A stretch of 39,717 bases of DNA from Bacteroidetes bacterium QS_8_64_10 (GCA_003022505.1 PXTQ01000124.1:1-39717), one strand, 5' to 3'. Shown: positions 17,995-26,344, counted from the first letter of the stretch. A program made the numbers and translations. Notes: generated from the letters alone by a model not told the origin.

Positions 17995-19617
17995 TTACGG
18001 CTCGCAGTTGAGAGGTGACGGCTCCGGCACTGAAACGGTGAGGTGCTCTTTCTCTATCCGATGTTGCCCGGACCAGGCGTTTGCCACCTTGAGCTTCACC
18101 TCGTAAGCTTCGACGGAATCATCGCATGCGAAGTCTGCTACCGGCACGGTGAGGTTGGGCGTATCGCTGTAATGCCAGTCTGAAGTTGTTCCGGAAGCAT
18201 GGCGCGTGCGGTAAGCGAAGATGACGTTGTAGTTGCCCGTAGCGCCTGACGTGTTCGGGGAGCCGTCGCCGACCTCGTGCGGGTATTCCTTGAAGATGCG
18301 ATACGAGTACGACGCATCCGTAGCCGCCCTTTTCCGGCGGGGTCCACTGATGGCGACACGGTATGGAAAGCCGGTAGCCTCCGTCCAGTCGAAGGTCAGG
18401 CCGGTCGTATTCACGCGGCTCAGGTTTTGGTCGCGCAGGTGCTGCACGTGGCGCTGCACGTCGCGGCGGCGAATGAGTTCGGGCGTGTAGTAAAACCAGT
18501 CTGCCTTCTGCTTCTTCGGCGTCTCGAGATCGTCGTCCGTGTCGATGTTGAAGCTCATTTTGGGAATCAAGTGTTCGTTGAGGCCGAGATTCCCGTGGAT
18601 ATACTTCAATTGCCCGTAGCGTGTCGCTCCTGTGCCAGCGCCGGCCCACAGGTCACTGTCCGCACGCCCGTTCCATCCATCGGCCCACATGCCGAAGCCG
18701 ACTCTGCCGCGCACCGTATCGACCTGAAGCACCAGCGTGAACCAGTTCTTCTCGATGAGCGATCCGCGTTCGTCGGAGACGCACTCCGGAAAACTGCGAA
18801 AGCCCTCCGCTGTGCGCAGCGTGCAATCCAGAAAACGACCTGTGCTGCGAAGCGGCCATTCGTGGAAGTTGATTTTCATCCTCGGCCTGCTGTCCGTTCG
18901 CTTCTGACCCGGCCCACCGCTAAAATGATTGTTGAACTCGAAGTCGATCTCGGTGCCCCATTGCCTGGTACACTGCCGGTTCTCCGCTCTGTACTCATCA
19001 AAGTCAATCGCGCAGTCTTGCTCCTTAGCATATTTCTTGTGCTGGCCGTCCTCGACGTACACGAAGTTGTCGCGGCGCGACCATAGCCAGAAAGCCTGGT
19101 TGAAGTTGTACCCGCCGTGCTTTCTGTTCTGCGGAGGGGCTTTATCGAACCAGATTCGTGCGGCGTACGTCCCGTGCCCGTGATGAGGGAAGAGAACGCC
19201 GCCAGCAATCTGGGGATCGTTGTTTTCGTCTGCGCCGTAGCCGGCCTGCCGCTCCAGGACGACGCGGTCAGACGAGCGCGACCGCTTCTCGACGTACACG
19301 CGAGTGCCCCGGCCCAGCGAGTTGTCGTCCCAATTGGATCGTCGCCAGAAACGATCCAGCGCCTTCGAGCGCGGGCCGGTCTGCCAGCGGTTACACTCGA
19401 AGATGCCGCCCGTGTCGGAGCAATTCTTCCGGCCCTGCGACTTGGCTTCGTTCAGGCCGGACTTTGCGGTGTACGCAAAGTCGTCGAAAATTGCTTTTCG
19501 TTCTCCCAGGTCGTAAGGTTGACCGGAGGCAGAATGGGCCCCAAGGCCCGTCAGCATTACGTGGCAGACGGCGAGGAGTAGCGTCAGTTGGGTGGGACGA
19601 GCATTTTTAGTTTTCAT
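17995..19617 (-). CDS. Secreted GH16-like (concanavalin-A-fold) glycanase with extra C-terminal beta-rich domain
   Basis: Signal peptide MKTKNARPTQLTLLLAVCHVMLTGLGAHSASG. The ordered GH16 signature is GTYAARIWF ... NQAFWLWS ... QWGTEIDFEFNNHF, with an ExDxE catalytic motif identical in form to the lichenase/XTH EIDFEF. Convergent with the GT4 gene, 9-nt gap. Start at 19617; the ORF is open to 19659, inside the inserted element. Confidence 0.65.
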   Translation of the reverse strand: MKTKNARPTQLTLLLAVCHVMLTGLGAHSASGQPYDLGERKAIFDDFAYTAKSGLNEAKSQGRKNCSDTGGIFECNRWQTGPRSKALDRFWRRSNWDDNSLGRGTRVYVEKRSRSSDRVVLERQAGYGADENNDPQIAGGVLFPHHGHGTYAARIWFDKAPPQNRKHGGYNFNQAFWLWSRRDNFVYVEDGQHKKYAKEQDCAIDFDEYRAENRQCTRQWGTEIDFEFNNHFSGGPGQKRTDSRPRMKINFHEWPLRSTGRFLDCTLRTAEGFRSFPECVSDERGSLIEKNWFTLVLQVDTVRGRVGFGMWADGWNGRADSDLWAGAGTGATRYGQLKYIHGNLGLNEHLIPKMSFNIDTDDDLETPKKQKADWFYYTPELIRRRDVQRHVQHLRDQNLSRVNTTGLTFDWTEATGFPYRVAISGPRRKRAATDASYSYRIFKEYPHEVGDGSPNTSGATGNYNVIFAYRTRHASGTTSDWHYSDTPNLTVPVADFACDDSVEAYEVKLKVANAWSGQHRIEKEHLTVSVPEPSPLNCEP

Positions 19618-19621
19618 GCCA

Positions 19622-19941
19622 CAATACTCCGTGCAGGTTTGAGACCGATTTGAAAGCAATTACCCCTCCCTTCACAATCGATTCGTTTTAGGACCCGTTT
19701 TGTGAGGTAAGAATGTATGGGGTTATGTCACTACAAGTAATGAGCTTATCATGCTAACCTCACTCTTCCTGTTCGGCAACTGGGTTAACCTTCCTCTTTT
19801 TCTCTATCCTCTTGCTTTCCAACCAACTTAGCTCCAGAGCCGAGTTGGAGGATTGATCTCTACGGGCCAATACGGATCTTTTAAGAGTCTATCCACCGCG
19901 ATTTGACTCGTAGATCCAAATTCAAGTTGCACGGAGTATTG
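19622..19941. mobile_element. MITE-like non-autonomous element, 320 bp, 14-bp perfect TIRs, flanked by 6-bp direct repeat ATGCCA
   Basis: CAATACTCCGTGCA (19622-19635) and its exact reverse complement TGCACGGAGTATTG (19928-19941). ATGCCA sits at 19616-19621 and again at 19942-19947. Interior is about 45% GC with no credible ORF. Confidence 0.6.
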
Positions 19942-20098
19942 ATGCCAAACAGTTTGGTTCTTCGGAAGATGACACCGATTTTGGATGCGGTACATCGTCT
20001 TGCGAGCGTGCCGAAAATCCATTCCGTCTCATACAAGCGCCTCGATTGCAAACGGCTGACCGTCGCAAATGATCGAGGCTGGCAAAGCCTTACCCTGC

Positions 20099-21289
20099 AT
20101 GCGCATTCAGGTTCACGACTTCGGCGGCTACCCGTATCCGGTGCAACTCAGCCGTCAACTTGCGCGGCGTGGCCACCGCGTCGAGCACGTCTTTTGCGCC
20201 TCGCTGCAAACGACGCCCGGCGGCGACCTCTCCGAGCAGCCCGACGATCCGGAGTCCTTCCGCATCGCTCCCGTCGAGCTGGATAAGCCGCTGGCGAAGT
20301 ATTCGTTCTTCAAGCGCTGGCGGCAGGAGAACGAGTATGGCCGCCGCGCCGCCGAGGCTGTCCATCGCTTCTCTCCGGACGTAGTACTCGCCGCTAACAT
20401 GCCGCTGGACGCGCAGAAGCGGCTCCAGAAAACCTGCCGCCGGCGCGACGTGCGCTTTGTCTTCTGGGTGCAGGACCTGCTCAGCATCGCCACGGATCGT
20501 ATTCTGCGCAACAAGATTCCGCTGCTCGGCCACGCCGCCGGCTGGTACTACAAGCGCATGGAGCAACGCCTGTTGCAGCGGAGCGATGCGGCGGTGCTGC
20601 TGACCGAGGACTTCAACCCGATTATGCGCGAGTGGAACGTGGACGAAGATAAAACGCACGTCGTCGAGAACTGGGCTCCGCTCAACGAATTGCCTACCCG
20701 CTCGAAGGACAACGCCTGGGCGCAGGAACGCGGTCTGCACGACAAGACGTGCCTGCTCTACGCCGGCACGCTCGGCATGAAGCACAACCCGGAGTTGCTG
20801 CTGCGCCTCGCCCGCCGGTTCGAGGAGCGAAGCGACGTGCGCGTCGTGGTGCTTTCCGAAGGATTGGGGACCGACTGGCTGCGCGAGAAAAAAGCCGAGC
20901 ATGATCTCGATAACCTCGTGCTGGATGGCTTTTACCCATTCGCGCAGATGCCGGAGATCATGGGCGCGGCGGACGTGCTGCTGGCCGTGCTGGGGCCGGA
21001 TGCAGGCGTCTTCTCGGTGCCCTCCAAGGTGCTGGCGTACCTCTGCGCCGAACGCCCGCTTCTGCTGGCGGTGCCGCCCGAAAACCTGGCCGCTCGCATT
21101 GTCACGGAACACGAAGCGGGGCGCGTCGTCGCGCCGGATGATGGCGACGGCTTCGAGCGGGAGGCGAAAACACTGCTCGAGGACGAGGCCTTGCGCCAAC
21201 GGCTCGGTGAAAACGCTCGCCGCTACGCCGAGAACACTTTCGCTATTAGCAACATTACCGACGAATTTGAACAGATCCTGCAAGCGTAG
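20099..21289 (+). CDS. Glycosyltransferase family 4 (WcaI-like)
   Basis: MRIQVHDFGGYPYPVQLSRQLARRGHRVEHVF... is a WcaI-type N-terminus. C-terminal GT-B half: YAGTLGMKHNPELLL ... PSKVLAYLCAERPLL. The antisense 450-aa ORF is a shadow. Confidence 0.85.
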   Translation: MRIQVHDFGGYPYPVQLSRQLARRGHRVEHVFCASLQTTPGGDLSEQPDDPESFRIAPVELDKPLAKYSFFKRWRQENEYGRRAAEAVHRFSPDVVLAANMPLDAQKRLQKTCRRRDVRFVFWVQDLLSIATDRILRNKIPLLGHAAGWYYKRMEQRLLQRSDAAVLLTEDFNPIMREWNVDEDKTHVVENWAPLNELPTRSKDNAWAQERGLHDKTCLLYAGTLGMKHNPELLLRLARRFEERSDVRVVVLSEGLGTDWLREKKAEHDLDNLVLDGFYPFAQMPEIMGAADVLLAVLGPDAGVFSVPSKVLAYLCAERPLLLAVPPENLAARIVTEHEAGRVVAPDDGDGFEREAKTLLEDEALRQRLGENARRYAENTFAISNITDEFEQILQA

Positions 21290-21401
21290 ATCGAAGCGAT
21301 TTCTCGTGAAATTAGCCCACCACGCAGCAGCGGCTTTTCTTTGCGCGACGTGATCTGTATAAAAAGCATCGCGCAGGTTTTGAGACGAATGTAGTTTGAG
21401 A

Positions 21402-22475
21402 ATGGCAAAGACCCTGCTCGTTACCGGCTCGTCCGGCCTCATCGGCGGAGAAGTATCCGACTACTTTGCCGAGCACGGCTGGATCGTGCACGGCGTGGAT
21501 AACAACATGCGCGCTCGCTTCTTTGGGCCGGAAGGCGACACCCGCTGGAATCAGTACCGGCTGGAGGAGACGCTCGGCGACCGCTTTACGCACCACGAGC
21601 TGGATATCCGCGACCGGGAGGAGGTGCTGGAGCTGCTGGAGACGATCCAGCCTGATGCTATCGTTCACACCGCCGCGCAGCCCTCCCACGATTACGCCGC
21701 CCAGGCCCCCTTCCAGGACTTCGATGTGAACGCGGTCGGCACCTCCAATTTACTGGAAGCCGCTCGCCGCCACGCGCCGGATGCTCCCTTCGTGCATCTG
21801 TCCACGAATAAGGTCTACGGCGACCGGCCTAACACGCTCGATCTCATCGAGAAGGAAACGCGCTACGACTTCGCCGACGATGCCTACCGGAACGGCATCG
21901 CCGAGGATTTTCCCATCGATCAGTCGAAGCACTCGCTGTTTGGCGCCTCGAAGCTGGCTGCCGACGTGATGGTGCAGGAGTACGGGCGTTACTTCGACAT
22001 AAAGACGTGCTGCCTGCGCGGCGGCTGCCTCACGGGGCCGGCGCATGGCGGCGTCGAACTGCACGGCTTTCTGAGCTACCTCGTCAAATGCAACCTGGAA
22101 GGGCGCAAGTATACTATCTTTGGCTACGAGGGAAAGCAAGTGCGCGACAATATTCACGCGCTCGACGTGGCACGCTTTGCGGAGCGTTTCATCGCGGAGC
22201 CGCGCTCGGCGGAGGTCTACAACCTGGGCGGAGGAAAAGGGAACTCGTGCTCTATCCTGGAAGCCTTTGAGCTTGCCGAGGAGGTAAGTGGCAACGAGAT
22301 GATCTACGACTACGACGAGCAAAATCGCTCCGGCGATCACATCTGCTATTACTCGGACCTTTCAAAGAGCAAGGACCATTACCCCGAATGGGAAATCAGG
22401 GTGACGCTCGACGACATCTTCGAGCAGATTCATCGCGGCTGGAAGGAGCGTAGCGGGACGGCTTCTTCCGCCTGA
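21402..22475 (+). CDS. NAD-dependent epimerase/dehydratase (extended SDR; CDP-paratose-2-epimerase-like subgroup)
   Basis: Rossmann motif [14 protein letters not shown], followed by [18 protein letters not shown] and YGASKLAAD (catalytic YxxxK). Confidence 0.85.
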   Translation: MAKTLLVTGSSGLIGGEVSDYFAEHGWIVHGVDNNMRARFFGPEGDTRWNQYRLEETLGDRFTHHELDIRDREEVLELLETIQPDAIVHTAAQPSHDYAAQAPFQDFDVNAVGTSNLLEAARRHAPDAPFVHLSTNKVYGDRPNTLDLIEKETRYDFADDAYRNGIAEDFPIDQSKHSLFGASKLAADVMVQEYGRYFDIKTCCLRGGCLTGPAHGGVELHGFLSYLVKCNLEGRKYTIFGYEGKQVRDNIHALDVARFAERFIAEPRSAEVYNLGGGKGNSCSILEAFELAEEVSGNEMIYDYDEQNRSGDHICYYSDLSKSKDHYPEWEIRVTLDDIFEQIHRGWKERSGTASSA

Positions 22476-22524
22476 GACGGCAAGTGACTTTACTGATGCG
22501 TGGGAAAATACGTAAACTCAGGCG

Positions 22525-22627
22525 GTCATTGCGAGAACCGACCGCAGGGAGGGACGTGGCAATCCCCACACGATCAGCAGCCTAACTGCGGGAGATCGCC
22601 GCGTTCGCTTCGCCCACTCGCGATGAC
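22525..22627. repeat. 103-bp imperfect palindromic element GTCATTGCGAG...GTGGCAATCC...GGAGATCGCC...CTCGCGATGAC
   Basis: Outer arms gtcattgcgag (22525-22535) and ctcgcgatgac (22617-22627). Inner arms cgtggcaatcccc and gggagatcgccgc. In the convergent epimerase/tsaD intergenic region. Confidence 0.6.
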
Positions 22628-22706
22628 TGACGGATCGGTAGAACCTTGGTCTCTGCATGTCACCAGTGCTCCCGTCGCGCATTCTGCCCGGTGCAAGCCG
22701 GGGGCC

Positions 22707-23645
22707 TCAACCGCCGGGCAGCGCGAGGCGAGGCTGCACGGAGAGCGAAAGCGGACTCGCGGCTTCGTGCTGAAGGCGATGGTAGCCGGCCACGGCAATC
22801 ATCGCGGCGTTGTCCATGCAGAACTTCATGGGCGGCACGTGAAGGCAAGCGCCCGCCTCGTCGCAGAGCGCCTCGGCCTGCCGCCGGAGCGCCGTGTTGG
22901 CCGAGACGCCGCCCGTAACGGCCACGTGCTCAACGCCGGTTTCTTCCATGCCGCGCCGCAGCGCTCCCACGAGCACGTCCACCACGGCCTGCTGGAACGA
23001 GGCGCAGAGGTCGGCGCGGTGCTCGTCGAGCAGGACGGCGCGCTCGTCGTCCGCGAAATCATCCAGATAGTAGCGCACCGACGTCTTAAGGCCGCTGAAC
23101 GAGAAATCGTAGTCGCCGGGCCGGGAGCGGGGAAAGTCGTGAAATCCGGCATCGCCGCGCTCGGCCAGGCGGTCGATCTCCGGACCGCCGGGATACGAAA
23201 GCCCCACGAGCTGCGCCACCTTGTCGAACGCCTCGCCCGCCGCGTCGTCGCGCGTGCGCCCCAGCACCTCGTAGCGGAACGGCTCGCGCACGAGCACGAG
23301 CTGCGTGTGCCCGCCGCTTGCGATCAGGTTCAGGTGCGGGAACGGCGGGCGCGGCTCCTCGATCATCACGGAAAAAAGATGCCCTTCGAGGTAATTTACG
23401 CCCGTGAAGGGCACGTCCAGGCCCAACGCCAACGCCTTTGCGACGCCCGCCTCGCGGAGCGCCCGCCGCGCCACGGGTACGACGAGCCGCTGATGCGCAC
23501 GCGAGGCCACTTCGGGCACGACGCCGCCGTACTTTTCGTGATCGGCCTGCGAGGAAACGACGCTCGCGCGGAGTTCGCCCTCCACGAGCACAGCGGCGGC
23601 GGTGTCGTCGCAGGAACTTTCCAGACCGAGCAGAACGTGGGACAT
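22707..23645 (-). CDS. tsaD: tRNA N6-adenosine threonylcarbamoyltransferase TsaD/Gcp homologue, atypical (internal ~26-aa gap, His-to-Tyr in metal motif)
   Basis: LLGLESSCDDTAAAV, YGGVVPEVASRAH, ASGGHTQL, DDAAGEAFDK, YPGGP, FSFSGLKT, GGVSAN and CMDNAAMIA are collinear with TsaD. The segment carrying the GPGL.GALLVG motif is absent between ...REAGV and AKALAL.... An alternative start lies at 23651. Confidence 0.8.
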   Translation of the reverse strand: MSHVLLGLESSCDDTAAAVLVEGELRASVVSSQADHEKYGGVVPEVASRAHQRLVVPVARRALREAGVAKALALGLDVPFTGVNYLEGHLFSVMIEEPRPPFPHLNLIASGGHTQLVLVREPFRYEVLGRTRDDAAGEAFDKVAQLVGLSYPGGPEIDRLAERGDAGFHDFPRSRPGDYDFSFSGLKTSVRYYLDDFADDERAVLLDEHRADLCASFQQAVVDVLVGALRRGMEETGVEHVAVTGGVSANTALRRQAEALCDEAGACLHVPPMKFCMDNAAMIAVAGYHRLQHEAASPLSLSVQPRLALPGG

Positions 23646-23761
23646 CGGCATAATTTATAGAATCGCAGAACAAAGCACATCGCGTTGTGTTATTAACGCC
23701 AATCAATCCCGGTTCGGCAATCGGGATCGTTTTTCAGACAATTCCCAGGCAACCACCCGCT

Positions 23762-24298
23762 ATGCAAAAGACGCTTCTCGTGCTGACCGTCGCCGTCTTT
23801 TTCGGTCTGAGCCAGCCCGCCACGGCGCAGCTTCGTTCCGACGTATCCAATCGCCAGGCGCGCGTGCAGCTTTACAGCCAGCAAAACGACGGCTTTTCGC
23901 TGGACCAGATTTTCCGCCCGGAGGATTTCAAGATGAGCCACTCGGTGTCGTTTTCATCCGGCTCGTTCGGCGGGGGCTTTGCGTACGGCATGTACACCAA
24001 CACAGTGGCGTGGCAGCCCAATCAGAAGCTGGCGGCGCGCGTGGACGTGAGCTATCTTCAGAATTTCGGCGGTACGTTGGGCATGGATTCGCGCTTCAGC
24101 GGGCAGCAGCAGCGGCAGTTTTTCGTGCGCAACGCGGAGGTCGCCTACCGGCCCACCGAGAACACGCAGTTGCACTTCCAGTTTCGGCAAAGTCCCTTCG
24201 GCGGCTACGCGCAACCGTTCGGGCGAAGAGCATCAGGGTATGGAGCCGGCCCGGCGACGGGCGGCGACCTGTTCTGGCGCGCTCCGGACGCTCGCTGA
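23762..24298 (+). CDS. Hypothetical secreted protein (possible small outer-membrane beta-barrel)
   Basis: Signal peptide MQKTLLVLTVAVFFGLSQPATAQ, then alternating-hydrophobicity, Gly/Ser/Gln/Phe-rich strands. The ORF is open from 23687. Confidence 0.55.
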   Translation: MQKTLLVLTVAVFFGLSQPATAQLRSDVSNRQARVQLYSQQNDGFSLDQIFRPEDFKMSHSVSFSSGSFGGGFAYGMYTNTVAWQPNQKLAARVDVSYLQNFGGTLGMDSRFSGQQQRQFFVRNAEVAYRPTENTQLHFQFRQSPFGGYAQPFGRRASGYGAGPATGGDLFWRAPDAR

Positions 24299-24655
24299 CC
24301 ACCTCACGCGAGGGCGACTCGGCGCATGAACACGTTCTCCGCCGCCGGTCAAGTCAACAGCGCACCGCTCGGTCCGGGCGGCGCGGCTTCTCGTGAAGCC
24401 GTGCTCACTCGACGGCGCGCGGCATCTCCGCGCTGGCAGTCTCGCCGTTTCCCGTTCGCATGTGGTCGCGTCTTTAAGCGCCTGAGTAAAAATTACCCGG
24501 TGTCTCGTCTGACAAACGAGCCGCAGGCGACCCACGTAGCGTAGCGAAGTAAATGACGACCGACGGTTGATGAATTCTGGGCGTTTTCGATTTCAATAAT
24601 TTGTACGCCGGCTTTTCTCGCATTTGATCGTTTCCAACCCGTCCTCCTCACATAG

Positions 24656-25114
24656 ATGGCTACCTCCAACGAATCGCTCGCCCCTTCTGAAAGCGCTTCA
24701 CGCACCGGGTCCGTTCCGGCCCGCGAGCTGGCCGCCTGCGCGCTCGACGCGGCAGCGGACCGCAAGGGGCGCGACCTCACGCTCCTCGACCTGCGCGAGG
24801 TAAGCAGCGTGGCTGATTTCTTCGTGCTCGCCACCGGCGACTCCGCGTTGCACATCCGCGCCATCGTCAGGGCCGTTGAAGAGCATCTGGAGGAGACGTG
24901 CGACGAGTCGCCGTGGCGCAACGAGGGGCGGGAGCACCGGAAGTGGGTGGTGCTCGATTACGTGACGATGGTGGTGCACGTCTTCACCGAGGAGAAGCGC
25001 GATTACTACGACCTGGAGCGCCTCTGGGGCGACGCGCCGAGCGAGACGTTCTCCGACGAAGCCGACGCCACGGAAGCAGAGTTGCTGGAACGCCTCGACG
25101 CGCGGGAGGAGTGA
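24656..25114 (+). CDS. rsfS: Ribosome silencing factor RsfS (Iojap)
   Basis: AADRKGRDLTLLDLREVSSVADFFVLATGDS..H.RAI and W.VLDY..MVVHVF....R.YYDLE.LWGDAP are canonical RsfS motifs. Confidence 0.85.
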   Translation: MATSNESLAPSESASRTGSVPARELAACALDAAADRKGRDLTLLDLREVSSVADFFVLATGDSALHIRAIVRAVEEHLEETCDESPWRNEGREHRKWVVLDYVTMVVHVFTEEKRDYYDLERLWGDAPSETFSDEADATEAELLERLDAREE

Positions 25115-25656
25115 TGAGCGAGCATCCCTTGCAATCGAGTGGAGGCTACAGTTTTAGCGCGGCGGTCGTGCTCGCGGTAGCCGTCGTGTTGGCGAGCGCC
25201 TGCGGCGGATCGAACCCCGAAAATGTGCCGCCCGACGAGCGCTTCGGCCATCGCTACGAGGGCGAGGGACCTGCCGAGCGCCAGACGGTCGTCGTCACGC
25301 CGCCGGAGGAGGAGCAATCGTACAATTACTACACGCCCTACATCGACTCGCTGCACGTGCGCCCGGCCCCCTTCGCGGAAGGCGTTCCGGCAAGCGAGCA
25401 GAAGGTGCCCGTCGAGATTCTCATCAAGGCAGCTTTTATCAACGGCTGCAGTGAGCTGGGCCGGGCCGACCCGGAGCGCTCCGGCAACACCGTCAACGTG
25501 GACTTTAAAGTGCGCTGGCCGAAAGGTGAGGTCTGCGCGAAGGTGAAGCGCCCCTTCCGGTTCTACCTGCGCCTGCCGGGCCGGTACGGTCCGGGCAATT
25601 ACACAGTCAAGATCAACGACGAGGACTACGCCTTTAGCATCGAGACGCCCTCGTAG
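25114..25656 (+). CDS. Hypothetical lipoprotein
   Basis: The ATG overlaps the rsfS stop (TGATG at 25112-25116). The signal peptide ends in the lipobox-like VLASAC. No recognised domain. Confidence 0.6.
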   Translation: MSEHPLQSSGGYSFSAAVVLAVAVVLASACGGSNPENVPPDERFGHRYEGEGPAERQTVVVTPPEEEQSYNYYTPYIDSLHVRPAPFAEGVPASEQKVPVEILIKAAFINGCSELGRADPERSGNTVNVDFKVRWPKGEVCAKVKRPFRFYLRLPGRYGPGNYTVKINDEDYAFSIETPS

Positions 25657-25853
25657 GTGGTTTCAGGTTGGCAGGTTGCGAGTTGGGCAGTGGACCTACT
25701 GCCCCGTGCATGGTCTTCTTTTGCGAGCATGGCGAGTGGATAGACAAACGCACGCCACTTCCCATCACACACACGTCCAAAAACAGTCAGCCTGGCTTTG
25801 GCTTTTTCGACAGGCACGAGCAAAAAGTTTAGCAACCCGCTCACGGCTCAGTA

Positions 25854-26231
25854 ATGGAACGACTTTTCCTCGCAGCGGGTGCTCTGCTGGCCGGATTGGG
25901 CGTAGCCGCCGGTGCGTTCGGGGCGCACGCGCTGGAAGCGTCCGTCTCGCCGGATCGCCTTCAGACCTTCGAGACGGCGGTGCGCTATCAGATGTATCAC
26001 GCGCTGGCGCTCCTCCTGCTGGGCGTTATGCCGGCGAGCGGAGTGGAGCTGGGCGCGCTCGGAACGACGGCGGGCGTCTGCTTCACGGGGGGCGTGGTTA
26101 TCTTCTCCGGCAGCCTGTACCTGCTCGTCCTGACGGACACGCCGTGGCTGGGCGCGGTGACGCCGCTGGGCGGCGCGGCGTTTCTGGCAGGCTGGGCGGC
26201 GCTCCTGCTCGCGGTCATCCGCTCTGTATGA
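25854..26231 (+). CDS. DUF423 (YgdD/TMEM256-family) small membrane protein
   Basis: GVAAGAFGAHAL....L..FETAVRYQMYHALALLLLG and four TM helices in 125 aa. Confidence 0.8.
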   Translation: MERLFLAAGALLAGLGVAAGAFGAHALEASVSPDRLQTFETAVRYQMYHALALLLLGVMPASGVELGALGTTAGVCFTGGVVIFSGSLYLLVLTDTPWLGAVTPLGGAAFLAGWAALLLAVIRSV

Positions 26232-26344
26232 GCAGCGGGGCGTCTTTTGCGCTACGCTGAAGAGATGAGAGTTGAAGGCCCAGCACGTCGGTCACGTCTC
26301 TTCGACCTGAAGGACTTGATAGACTTGATGGACGTGATAGCCAT

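Noticed and set aside
19828-20022. 64-aa minus ORF inside and beside the MITE-like element
   Set aside because: It is too short for a transposase, has no motif, and crosses the right TIR and target duplication. Treated as chance.
20090-21442. 450-aa minus-strand ORF opposite the WcaI-like glycosyltransferase
   Set aside because: Antisense shadow. The plus frame carries clear GT4 motifs, and the minus translation is Arg/Ala/Val-rich with no motif.
22500-23660. 386-aa plus-strand ORF opposite tsaD
   Set aside because: Antisense shadow of a gene with unmistakable TsaD motifs on the minus strand.
24326-24544. 72-aa plus ORF in the 357-bp spacer upstream of rsfS
   Set aside because: Arg/Ala/Ser-rich with no motif and no obvious start context. 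The spacer is left unannotated rather than calling a gene, and I could not recognise an RNA family in it either.
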